DNA of 64,000 nt from Octopus sinensis (Eukaryota). The stretch is from contig NC_043014.1 of assembly GCF_006345805.1 (NCBI RefSeq), forward strand, positions 42,470,001 through 42,534,000, in the 5' to 3' direction. The stretch's first letter is position 1; each line of letters begins with the position of its first letter. The notes under the pieces were generated by a model. It did not search any database and was not told where the DNA came from. It was given only the letters and a program-made list of their open reading frames with translations. The position numbers and the translations under genes were made by a program. Below are positions 52,255 to 64,000 of this stretch, piece after piece.

Positions 52255-52517
52255 GTAATTTAAACTTGTTTTGGGTGGGTGTGTCTTATGGGCTGGCTTA
52301 CTTGTTTTTTATATACGGACAATATAAAGTAAATAAACAAACATACATATCGTGTGTGTGTATATGTATATATGTATATATATATATATCATCATCATCA
52401 TTTAACATCCGTTGTCCATGCTGCCATGGGTTGGACGGTTTGACTGGGCTGGCACGCTGGAAGGCTACACCAGATTTATATATGTATATATCAACATCAT
52501 ATATTTATATATGTATG

Positions 52518-52549
<32 letters not shown>

Positions 52550-52563
52550 ATATTATGTATATA

Positions 52564-52631
<68 letters not shown>

Positions 52632-52744
52632 CACGTGATCATGTGACCGACCAGGCTTTCAGATGTTGCTATACATCGCTGGTCACAATGTGCTTCGCAT
52701 TGTTTTAGTCTTCAAATGACGCCACCCCGCGGCTAAGCGAGCAG

Positions 52745-52782
<38 letters not shown>

Positions 52783-52783
<1 letters not shown>

Positions 52784-53290
52784 TAGCAGCAGTATCGCCC
52801 GGCGTTGCTCGGGTTTGTAAGGGAAATAACTATATAAGCATTTTTAGAGAGTTACTTCCCTTATAAATTCGGGCTTTCTTAGCCATTTTTGTTTTGGTGT
52901 CTTCAAGCCATGAAGTCGTTGTTCTAAAAGAACGCTGGTTTCCTTCACAACGCATTACGACGTTGATTTCCTTACACTCCCTTCCCCACAGCTTCGAGGG
53001 AGGGAAGAAGGGGGAGAAGAGAAAACAGGTGCAGGTGTGACCATGGACGCCAACTCCGCCGCCATCGACACACGATGCATTTTATTCATTAAAATGGAAT
53101 AAAAAATGATGTTAAATTATTTTTAAAATCGTAGGCTCATCGTTGACGCGCGCTAATAGTCAGACGGGCTCGATATGAATCACGACTATAAGATACCCGA
53201 ATTTGGTTAAACTGCACCGCAAAATGTGGGAGGAGTTAGGAATCTAAATCGAAGGGGACAGACACTCACACAACTAGAGATTTATTATAT
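52783..53290 (+). mobile_element. Helitron/Helentron-type (DINE-1/HINE-like) non-autonomous element
   Basis: 5' agcagtatcgcccggcgttgctcggg hairpin, 3' ggaggagttagg...gacagacactcac...gatttattatatatata; embedded in TA runs, no TSD. Confidence 0.6.
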
Positions 53291-53934
53291 ATATATATAT
53301 ATAATATATATATATATATATGTATGTGTTGTGTGTGTGTATGTGTGCATGTGTATATATATATGTATGTGTGTGTGTGTGTGTATGTGTGCATGTGTAT
53401 ATATATATGTATGTGTGTGTGTGTGTGTATGTGTGCATGTGTATATATATATATATGTGTGTGTATGCATATATATATATGTATGTGTGTTTGTGTGCAT
53501 GTATATGTATATGTGTGTGTGTGTGTGTATTGGTGGCTCATTGCTGTTGTATTTATCTCATAGTACTGACACAAACACTTGTGTACATCCTTTTGTCTTG
53601 CTTACTTCACCACAAGAGCAATTTTTCCACCTTCACTACCTGCACACACACACACACACACACACCATAGAAAATGTTTACTCACTGTCCTCCAGACTTG
53701 GTGGCAGTGAGCCAACAGCCTTCAAAAACAACAAATGTAAGAATGTTCCATTCTTTTACATTCGATTTTCCCCCTCTATATTCCCACCCACTCTTCTTGA
53801 TTCTCCCTCCTGCCTATACAATCATTCACCTTTTATTCTTGTGTGTATTTAAATATATTGTCATTTCGGTGTCTTCAGATATCTCTGATTTTATTACTTA
53901 CTGTTTTGGAATCTTTTCGGTTTGAACGGCAGTT

Positions 53935-54350
53935 TTTTAAAATAATTTCCACGTAACTAAACACTTTTAAACTTCGTATACTGGTAGAGTGTGCTTATAA
54001 AACATCTTTTTCTCTTGGCTTTATTGAGAAAATTCTATTGTTTGTAAGATATTTGTTGTTTTTTTTTCCTTCAATTTCTGCAATTTCAACCAATCAATGA
54101 CGTCTATTGAGGTAAAAAAAACAACATTCTGTGTCGTATGAATATGTCCCTCGTTTAAGAAACAGATTGGGTTTATTTACATTTGTGAAGAAAAAAATAT
54201 ACCCTTCCCCCCACCCCTAACCCTAACCAACCCTAACCCTAAAATAGATTGAAATGCAATAGATCGATACTAGGGTCATAATTATGGGTGACAATTTCAT
54301 ATGACACCGCTAGAAAAGATCCGAACATTAACTGTGATTTACTGTTTAAC
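53935..54350. mobile_element. relative of the 5294-7425 element, carrying a short CCCTAA seed
   Basis: 53935-54030 matches the reverse complement of ~7330-7425; aatttcaaccaatcaatgacgt at ~54083; ccctaaccctaaccaaccctaaccctaaaa at ~54215-54244. Confidence 0.75.
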
Positions 54351-57300
54351 CATTTAGTATTCAGACTGGCCATATCCGGCCTGAATATTCTATCTGCTTG
54401 GTGTTCAAACCGGCCAGGTCCAACCTCTCGCACTTATCCTACAATGTCATTCTAAAAATAAATGATAGGAACATGGCTCCGGGTTCAGTCCCACTGCGTG
54501 GCACCTTGGACACACACAGACATACACACATGACAAGCTTCTTACAGTTTCCGTCTACCAAATCCACTCACAAGGCTTTGGTCGGCCCGAGGCTATAGTA
54601 GATGACATTTATTTCTTTATTGCCCACAAGGGGCTAAACATAGAGGGAACAGACAAAGGGATTAAGTCGATTACATCAACCCCAGTGCACGACTGGTATT
54701 TAATTTATCGATCCCAAAAGGATGAAAGGCAAAGTCGACCTTGGCGTAATTTGAACTCAGAACGTAGCGGCAGACGAAAGATCGCTAAGCATTTTGCCTG
54801 GTGTGTTAACGTTTCTGCCAGCTCACCACCTTAGTAGAAGACACTTGCCCAAGGTGTCATGCAGTGGGACTGAACTCAGAACCATGTGGTTGGGAAGCAA
54901 GCTTCTTACCACACAGCCACACCCGTACCATAATTTTTGTTCCAGTTTTTGTTATATTTTTTCATTACTTGTCATGTACGGCTTTTACTATAAGTGATCA
55001 ACAACATACATTTAAAAAGGAACAGAAATGTTTTTAATTCCTTAATCACCAATACACTTATCACAGGCAAAGGAATTCAAAGAATGGGAAGTGTGAAATA
55101 GCTGTAAATGTATCAAGCTAATATAGGGTGGTACTTTACAGTAGATGATGATCATGATGATTCTCATAAAACTGAGATACTGGACATTGCAGAATACTTC
55201 TGTCTTCATGTAATGTACTGAAAGCAGGTTTGCCTGGCGGAGCCTACCTTTCCTCAAGTTATACTCATAGGCGCAGGAGTGGCTGTGTGGTAAGTAGCTT
55301 GTTTACCAACCACATGGTTCCGGGTTCAGTCCCACTGCGTGGCACCTTGGGCAAGTAAGTGTCTTCTACAATAGCCTCGAGCCGACCAAAGCCTTGTGAG
55401 TGGATTTTGTGGACGGAAACTGAAAGAAGCCCGTCGTATATATGTATATATATGTACATGTGTGTGTGTTTGTGTGTCTGTGTTTGTCCCCCTAGCATTG
55501 CTTGACAACTGATGCTGGTGTGTTTATGTCCCCGTTACTTAGCGGTTCGGCAAAACAGACCAATAGAATAAGTACTGGGCTTACAAAAGAATAAGTCCCG
55601 GAGTCAAGTTGCTCGATTAAAGGCGGTGCTCTAGCATGGCCGCAGTCAAATGACTGAAACAAGTAAAAGAGTAAAAGAGTATAGGAGTTGAACTTGGTGT
55701 GGCAATATAATAAAACTTCTATCAGTAAGATAGTATTTCCACTTGTATCTGTGTGTTCCAAGCTCTGACACATTAAAAAAAATTTTTTTTTTATTCCTGT
55801 GAAGTTGTGATGCCTGGTCTCTGTAAACTAAAAACTTCTGTCGTTAACTGTGTTTAATAACTAGTGTCCAGAAAGAAAAGTGTGTTTTTGCCCCATTGAC
55901 CAAGTATGGATTGCTTTGACCAAATTTCAAAGCACACTGCTCTGTGTATCTATCTACAAATATTCTTGTACTATTTATTCTATGTAAGTTATATCAAGGA
56001 CTTAGCCATTTGATAAACTGGGATTGATTAAATTAGTGCTGGACAAAGTACTGAAGTCAATATAATCGACTAGGCACAGGAGTGGCTGTGTGGTAAGAAA
56101 CTTGCTTCCCAACCACATGGTTCTGGGTTCAATCCCACTGTGTGGTACCTTGGGCAAGTGTCTTCTACTATAGCCTCAGGTCGATCAAAGCCTTGTGAGT
56201 GGATTTGGTAGACAGAAGCTGAAAGAAGCCTGTTGTATATATATATATATATATTTGCCAGCCTCGTCTGGCCCCCGTGCCGGTGGCACGTAAAAAGCAC
56301 CATCCGATCGTGGCCGTTTGCCAGCCTCGTCTGGCACCTGTGCAGGTGGCATGTAAAAAGCACCCACTACACTCACAGACCCCAGTTGAACCGTCCAACC
56401 CATGCTAGCATGGAAAACGGACGTTAAACGATGATGATGATGATATATATATAAGCTAATAAAAAAAAAAAAGGATTCCTTGGCAACATGATCTCAATTA
56501 TACTACGCAGAAGCACTGTACCCATGTATATTTCAATTCTCTGTAAATTAAAACTGGTCACTTTAGATGCTTACATATAAGGAAGAAGAAACATGGAGGG
56601 TTAAATGGCTAATAAAAACCTAATCAAGACAAAGGGACAGCAACTCCAAAATTTTAATCAGTTAAGATTTTAATTACGCTGTGAAGGTAGAGAGCAATAA
56701 CTCAAGCTCACTGTGTTAAGTGGTTAACGTTAGGAAGGACATCCAAACCACGCCTCAACAGACAGCTGGAGCCTGGACAGCTCCCTGCTAGTCAGCTCCA
56801 TGTCAGACCGTCCAACCCATGCCAGCATGGAAAGCGGACGTCTGTCTTTACGATCTCAGTCTAAATTCTGCTGAGGTCGACTTTGCTTTTCATCATTTCG
56901 GGGTCGATAAATTAAATACCAATTTGCCAGCCCCGTCTTGGCACCTAAAAGGCACCCACTACACTCACGGAGTGGTTGGCGTTAGGAAGGGCATCCAGCC
57001 GTAGAAACATTGCCAAATCAGACTGGGCCTGGTGCAGCCTTCTGGCTTCCCAGACCCCAGTTGAACCGTCCAACCCATGCTAGCATGGAAAGCGGACGCT
57101 AAATGATGATGATGATGATGATGTGTACTAGTAAGAAGCACCCACTACACTCATGGAGTGGTTGGCGTTAGGAAGGGCATCCAGCCGTAGAAACATTGCC
57201 AGATCAGACTGGGCCTGGTACAGCCTTCTGGCTTCCCAGACCCCAGTTGAACCGTCCAACCCATGCTAGCATGGAAAGCGGACGCTAAATGATGATGATG

Positions 57301-58154
57301 ATGATGTGTACTGGGGTCGATCTAATCTACTGGCCCCAACCTCCCAAAAATTTCAGGCCTTGTGCCTAGAATAGAAAAGAATATCAAATTAATTTAATTT
57401 TTGATAATTCTGAACATATATTCTTATATTAATAGCCTAAAATATTTCCAAATTTGGGAGCTTCTTAAATTTCTTTCAACCACTTGAAGTTTTACAAATT
57501 TTTCACTAGATTATTTTTTTAAAAATGTAGTTCAGATGTAGTTTTGCTTGCTGATGACGAAAACTGAATTCATTCTTTACTGGATATTAATAGTAAGAAA
57601 GTCACAGGCATTTAAAATTATGTACTTTTAGCCAAATGCAACCTCAATTGCCATATACACTGGAAATCATGACTTGTCCCATGGCATCAGCACATATAAA
57701 AGCTTTATGTGATCTGCATCAATTCTGAATATCATTCTATGTTAATAGACTGGACTGTTGTCCAGAACTGACACTTTGCATACCAAAGATTAGATCTTTT
57801 AGCTTGTGGTGGTTGGGTAGGATTTAGCTAAAATGTACGTGGGCATGAACCTTCTTTTCTTATTTTGTAGTTAATCATCATCATCATCATCATCGTCATC
57901 ATCATCATCGTTTAGCGTCTGCTTTCCATGCTAGCATGGGTTGGACGGTTCAAGTGGGGTCTGGGAATCCCGAAGGCTGCACCAGGCCCAGTCTGATCTG
58001 GCAATGTTAATCTAAATGTTAATTAACTATCACAGTTGTTGCCCCTTTGCTTTGAGAATAACTGACTTAATTAAATTGTTTTAGTATCAAATAAGTCAGT
58101 TGAAATCAAGCAAAGTTTTGTCGTCCCTTGAAGTGTGTGTACAGATGTGCCTTA

Positions 58155-58193
<39 letters not shown>

Positions 58194-59136
58194 AAGTTAT
58201 TGAATGTGTGAAACCAGTTACTACTATTTTGTATAGTCATTAAGTTGGTTACAATCAAATTGCCAGGAGAAGAGAGGATAAACTTTTTTTTTTTAAATTC
58301 TGACTGACTGCTAGACTGTATACAGAGAAGCTACCAGAAAGAACTAACATTGAAACTCTTGCCATTTTGTAGTCACCACAGTTAACGGTTGTTTACTTGA
58401 ACTATTGTGTGTGTAGAATGTTTGTTAACCTGAAAAGCAACATAAAGAGAGTCGGTGGATTAAAACTGAGAGAAAGGGCTGTGATTGCTCAGATATTGTC
58501 AACCAAGAATGCATACTTTTCATTTCAGACATACAATCGGCAACATAGTTCTCTTTATTTTAATTACTTTCGCACATTGTATATCATTTAAAATGCTCGT
58601 TAACCTGTTTCTCTCTCTCACTCACTCACTCTCACCTCTTTCATTCTACCATTTGATTATTATTAATGTCAAGTATTTCATTATGATTTTGGATTAATTT
58701 ACACCTCGGGGCGCTTCTTTTAAATGAAAATAATTTTTGTTCATAGTTTTTGCCATAAAACTGGGAGCCATTGATAAAATGTACCAGAAAATTTCAAGGG
58801 TAAAGAATGATGTTTGCTGAACCTCTGATTAATTTTCTGTTGGGAATCATTTCCTATCAAGCCAATAAGAGAAATTTCTACATGGTCTATTAAACTATTA
58901 ACAATGGTAGCCATATTTCCCGCAAATCATATTTTGTTGCTCTGATAAAGCTCAGAGCACATTCAATAATGTAATTGCGGATGCCCTATGTCTGAAAGGA
59001 AGACAATACATATATATAGTCACATTTGAATTTCCTTTGATCATAGGCCAGCTTATATAAGGTTGTCCTAAGGCTAAACCACACAGCAACAACAAAAGAC
59101 AAAGTGTCTGCTACCTGGCACAGGTATATATTTCTT

Positions 59137-59350
59137 TATTGCCCACAAGGGGCTAAACATAGAGGGGGCAAACAAGGACAGACAAAGAGATTAAGTCGAT
59201 TATATCGATCCCAGTGCGAAACTGGTACGTATTTAATCGCCCCCAAAAGGACGAAAGGCGAAGTCGACCTCGGCGGAATTTGAACTCAGAATGTAACGAC
59301 AGACGAAATACCGCTAAGCATTTCGCCCAGCACGCTAACGTGTCTGTCAG
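59137..59350 (-). mobile_element. family A SINE, full length, with target-site duplication
   Basis: ctggcacaggtata on both sides; other A copies at 17940-18135, 27860-28310, 47170-47350, 54607-54830. Confidence 0.88.
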
Positions 59351-59947
59351 CTCACCGCCCTATCCTGGCACAGGTATAGTTATGTGGTTAAGAAGCTTGT
59401 TTTGTAACCTTGTGGTTTTTGAGTTCAGGCCTACTGTGCAGCCCCTTGGTTAAGTGTCTTCTAATATAGCCTGAGCTTACCAATCAATACCTTGTAAGTG
59501 AATTTGGTGGGCGGATATTGTGTGGAAGCCTGTCATATATAATATGTGGGTATGTGTTTTTGTGTTCGTTTGTCACTTCCCCCCCACTTCAACTGCTTGA
59601 CGACTAGTATTGATTCGCTAGCATCCCTGTAACATAGCGGTTCAGCAAAAGAGATTGATAGAATAAGTACAAGACTTACAAAACAAAAATAAACAGATAA
59701 ACCTAAGTACTAGGTTCAATTTACTCAACTAAAACCCTTCAAGGTCGTGCCCCAGCATGGCCACAGTCCAACAACCGAAACACATAGGTGGGAGGCATCT
59801 AATTCATTAGGTCCGTTTTGCTCCCACACTGAAGATCTCACAGGGATTACATGAAACAGTGTGATGCTTGACCTCCCAGAACAGAAAGAACTGTACAAAT
59901 TGAATGATTATGAAGAAATTAATTCCGACTTCATCCTATTTCCTCAG

Positions 59948-60058
59948 ACCAAAGCTGGCGTTTTGCCACTTTCCGGTTGTTGCCCTACTCTCCCGAGGCA
60001 AACTGTCACCAGGAGCATATGTTTTCTCTTTGCCCTATTTAACACCGAAAGACACTGA
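59948..60058 (+). CDS. candidate terminal exon
   Basis: cttcatcctatttcctcAG acceptor, ~50% GC island followed by A-rich UTR-like sequence; frame unresolved. Confidence 0.25.
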   Translation, partial: TKAGVLPLSGCCPTLPRQTVTRSICFLFALFNTERH

Positions 60059-60359
60059 CAACAATGGACGCAGGACGTCCAATAGAGAGAAAATAGAATT
60101 TTCAAACGGCAGCGAGCCAGAAATCAATAATAAAAACTTAAAAAAAGAAGAAAAAAAAAAACAAAACAAATATTTACATATCAGTGTTTCTGGTTGTGAC
60201 ATGTGTGCTGGATTTTTCAGTGACCTTTCTCATTTGCAATATGAAGCAAAAACTGTTGCAACGAAACAACAATGTCGGCTTTTAATGCATATTAATTAAA
60301 CTGCTTTGAAACACAGGAAATCGTAAAAGAAAAAAAGAGTTAATAATTAGACTGCGAGT

Positions 60360-60391
<32 letters not shown>

Positions 60392-61218
60392 AGATATATA
60401 TGTAGTATATCTGATATTACGATTGTCTGCCAGTATGATGTGCTGCTGAATTGCAATATCTTTTTATGCAGTAACTGTTATGAATGCAGCGTTGCTGCAT
60501 CGATGACCTCATGATGCACTTGGACAGTGGCCGAGTAAAACTGACAGCTGAAATTTATGTACACTTTGCAAATGTGGTCTCATAATCCATTGGTTTGTTG
60601 GAAAACACCATTGAAAAATTTTTAATTTATTCGCAAACAGTGTCGTGAGTATTGTCTCTGGTGTTTGTTTGTTTGTTGAGCGAAGCGGTCTTCTGGAGAA
60701 GTCCGAAACGTGGTCCTTTGCTATTCGTAAGACTCGCAGAAGAGAAAGCAGGTCAACTCTCGACACTGAGAGCATCGATGGGTGGATGAATGCGCATCCA
60801 GGCTCAGCGGTTGCGTAGGAAATCAGGTACAAGAAACAGGAAGAAAGAGTGAGAGAAAGTTGGAGCGAAAGAGCACAACAGGGGTCGCAACCTGCCCCTG
60901 CTGGAGCCTCATGGAGCTTTAGGTGTTTTCACTCAATACACACACACAACGCCCGGTCTGGGAATCGAAACTGCGATCCTCCGACCGCAAGTCCATTGTG
61001 CCTCCTGTTGCTGGTGTTACACTGCTGTCCAGCTCTCTATGTCAGCCCTGATCAAATGCATTCCAACCATAACCATCTTGTCTTTTTAGCACCGCATTGT
61101 CCAATATGTCCTTTCCTCATATAAGACAGCTGAGTGGGATTTGGCTGCTATTTTTGGCAAGCAGTAAAGTATATATATATATATACTTTATTTAAAGCAG
61201 TGGAAAATTCAACAAAAC

Positions 61219-61255
61219 CTGTTACTCTGAGTTTCACGTTCCGTTCGTCGGACAA
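61219..61255 (-). ncRNA. minimal type I hammerhead ribozyme-like motif, copy 1
   Basis: Minus strand TTGT-CCGACGA-ACG gaa CGT-GAAA-CTCAGAG-TA-ACAG: stem I, core, stem II, GAAA, quasi-palindromic stem III, GUA site; U4C deviation from CUGANGA. Confidence 0.65.
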
Positions 61256-61473
61256 TGGGTATTGTCACTGGTGTTACACTCTGTCCACTCTCCATGTCAG
61301 CCCTGATCAAATGCATTCCAACCATGACCATCTTGTCTTTTTAGAACTGCATTGTCCAATATGTCCTTTCCTCATATAAGATAGCTGAGTGAGATTTGGC
61401 TGCTATTTTTGGCAAGCAGTAAAGTATATATATATATATACTTTATTTAAAGCAGTGGAAAATTCAACAAAAC

Positions 61474-61511
61474 CTGTTACTCTGAGTTTCACGTTCACAT
61501 TCGTCGGACAA
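61474..61511 (-). ncRNA. minimal type I hammerhead ribozyme-like motif, copy 2
   Basis: TTGT-CCGACGA-ATG tgaa CGT-GAAA-CTCAGAG-TA-ACAG. Confidence 0.6.
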
Positions 61512-61728
61512 TGGGTATTGTCACTGGTGTTACACTGCTGTCCAGCTCTCCATGTCAGCCCTGATCAAATGCATTCCAACCATGACCATCTTGTCTTTTT
61601 AGAACTGCATTGTCCAATAGTCCTTTCCTCATATAAGATAGCTGAGTGAGATTGGCTGCTATTTTGGCAAGCAGTAAAGTATATATATATATATACTTTA
61701 TTTAAAGCAGTGGAAAATTCAACAAAAC

Positions 61729-61765
61729 CTGTACTCTGAGTTTCACGTTCACATTCGTCGGACAA
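61729..61765 (-). ncRNA. minimal type I hammerhead ribozyme-like motif, copy 3 (1-nt deletion in stem I)
   Basis: TTGT-CCGACGA-ATG tgaa CGT-GAAA-CTCAGAG-TA-CAG. Confidence 0.5.
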
Positions 61766-62240
61766 TGGGTATGTCACTGGTGTTACACTGCTGTCCAGCT
61801 CTCCATGTCAGCCCTGATCAAATGCATTCCAACCATGACCATCTTGTCTTTTTAGAACTGCATTGTCCAATATGTCCTTTCCTCATATAAGGTAGCTGAG
61901 TGAGATTTGGCTGCTATTTTTGGCAAGCAGTAAAGGCTCCTTTATTGGTTCTTGGAAATCTTGTTCAATTTGCAAGTTGGCCCTGATTGAGTAGACATAT
62001 GATACAAGGTATTCTAGCCCTGACTGCCCCACCTTTATTTTATGGGCATAGTGTACCTTGGACAACAGTATCCAGTGTCTTTTTTCTATGGCAGTTGGAC
62101 AACATTTGAGGTAGTTTGTACTGCTGTTTCTTGCAGATTAAATGACTATGCTCAAGAACACAATGCAATACCCAGCCTGGGAATTGAACCCATGATCTTT
62201 CAATCATGAGTGCAACACCCTAACCACTAAGCCATGTGCC

Positions 62241-62292
<52 letters not shown>

Positions 62293-62794
62293 GCCAGTGC
62301 TGCCTGACTGGCACCCGTGCCAGTGACATGTAAAAAACACCATTCGAGCATGGCCGATGCCACTGCCACCTCACTGGCACATAGAAAGCGCCATTCGAGC
62401 ATGGCCGATGCCAGTTCCACCTGACTGGTACTTGTACCAGTGACACCTAAAAGGCATGATTCGAGCATGACGGATGCCAGTACCACCTGAGTGGCACGTA
62501 AAAGCACCCACTACATTCTCGGAGTGGTTGGTGCTAGGAAGGGCACCCAGCTGTAAGAAACCTTGACAAATCAGATTGGAGCCTGGTGCAGCCCCTCAGC
62601 TTGCCAGTTCTCAGTCAAACCGTCCAACCCATGCCCAGCATGGAAAGCGGGCGTTAAACGATGACGATGATGATGATGTATATATATCTGTTTTATACTA
62701 GTTCAGTAATCTCTTGTTTCCAACCATATGTGAATTGAGCATTCCTATCTGGGTTTGAGCTAATACTTTATATACATTGTCGTATATATGTATG

Positions 62795-62825
<31 letters not shown>

Positions 62826-64000
62826 TTGTGTGTCTGTGTTTGTCCCCCTAGCATTGCTTGACAACCGATGCTGGTGTGTTTATGTCTCTGTCACTTAGCG
62901 ATTCGGCAAAAGAGACCGATAGAATAAGTACTGGGCTTACAAAGGATAAGTCCCGGGGTCGAGTTGCTCGACTAAAGGCGGTGCTCCAGCATGGCCGCAG
63001 TCAAATGACTGAAACAAGTAAAAGAGTAAACCCACCCGACTGATTATTCTATAATTAATTAATGAATATGTAGAACTTGTTCCCATTAGAAATATCTTAA
63101 CATTTATGTAAGTGTGTGTGTGTGTGTGTGTATAACATGTTTATTGATTTCTTTTCACTGGAAACAAGGCCAATTTCTTTTCTTTTTTCTTTTCTTTTTT
63201 TTTTTTGTTGGTTGGAAGGGTATTGTTGACTGACTTGACTTATTGTTTTAACCAACACCTGAACAATAAAAGGCAAAGTCAATCCCAGCAGGATTACAGC
63301 GTACAAGTATGAGGTATCAAATTAGATTTAATAAAATCAACATTACGATATTCTATCTAATACCGTGGTAATCATCATAATCATCGTCATTTTATGTTTG
63401 ACTTTCCAGTCCGACATATGTGTTGGCTGGGTCTCGTAATCTTTGTCATCTGGCATACACAATAGCATTGGAAAAAAAAAACCCACCCATCTTCATTGCC
63501 TGTCATGAGTTTTTTTTTTTGTGTGTTTTCTTTCATAGGTGCAGGAGTGGTTGTGTGGTAAGAAGCTTGCTTCCCAACCACATGGTTCCAGGTTCAGTGC
63601 CACTGCATGGCACCTTGGGCAAGTGTCTTCTGCTATAGCCTCAGGCCAACCAAAGCCTTGTGAGTGGATTTGGTAGACGGAAACTGAAAAGAAGCCCATC
63701 ATAAATGATGCCAGCGCCGCCTTGACTGGCTTCCGTGCCGGTGGCTCGTAAAATCCACCAATCTGATCGTGACCATTGCCAGCCTTGCCTGGCACCTGTG
63801 CAGGTGGCACGTAAAAAGCACCCACTACACTCACGGAGTGGTTGGCGTTAGGAAGGGCGTCCAGCTGTAGAAACATTGCCAAATCAGACTGGAGCCTGGT
63901 GCAGCCTTCTGGCTTCCCAGATCCCCGGTCGAACCGTCCAACCCATGCTAGCATGGAGAACGGACGTTAAACAATGATGATGATGATGTGTCTGAAAACT

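Larger units (their letters stand above)
61011..61934. repeat. tandem array, ~255-bp unit, about 3.6 copies
   Basis: ctggtgttac marker at 61011, 61268, 61524, 61777 (periods 257, 256, 253). Confidence 0.97.

Noticed and set aside
172-56427. Dozens of ORFs rich in YI/IY, HT, CV, poly-His/Ser/Val/Met
   Set aside because: Translations of (AT)n, (CA)n and trinucleotide microsatellites; no coding signal.
57551-57566. CTGATGA-C-GAAA hammerhead core (also ctgaagacaccgaaa on minus ~53860)
   Set aside because: No room for stem II and no stem I/III pairing.
2403-63954. Recurrent ORFs such as YQIHSQGFGRPEAIVEDTCPRCHAV and MLAWVGRFDRGSGKPEG
   Set aside because: Read-through of SINE family B and family C sequences, in inconsistent frames across copies; not a gene family.

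Overview
AT-rich, repeat-saturated eukaryotic DNA with one 100-N gap (44509-44608). The repeat complement (tRNA-headed SINEs, RTE/CR1 LINE fragments, long AT/CA/CAT microsatellites, TTAGGG-type repeats) suggests an animal genome, most likely a coleoid cephalopod such as Octopus; this is inference, not a database result. No intact, recognisable protein-coding gene is present, and nearly all ORF-track entries are microsatellite or SINE read-through. Recognisable coding remnants are transposon-derived: mariner, hAT/Buster, several RTE (one BovB-like, one 2-kb copy with a PHD-like finger), CR1, and a possible Penelope RT. A weak plus-strand spliced transcript is suggested at about 41.7-60.1 kb. 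Highlights: (1) a ~255-bp tandem array at 61.0-61.9 kb carrying a minimal type I hammerhead-ribozyme motif in three units (retrozyme-like architecture); (2) a 1.67-kb variant telomeric array enclosed by ~175-bp inverted arms, with a related element at 54 kb holding only a short seed of the same repeat; (3) an internally deleted U6 snRNA copy inside a SINE; (4) modular, tandem and nested SINE/LINE structures. SINE family letters A-F are working labels; boundaries were read by eye and are approximate.
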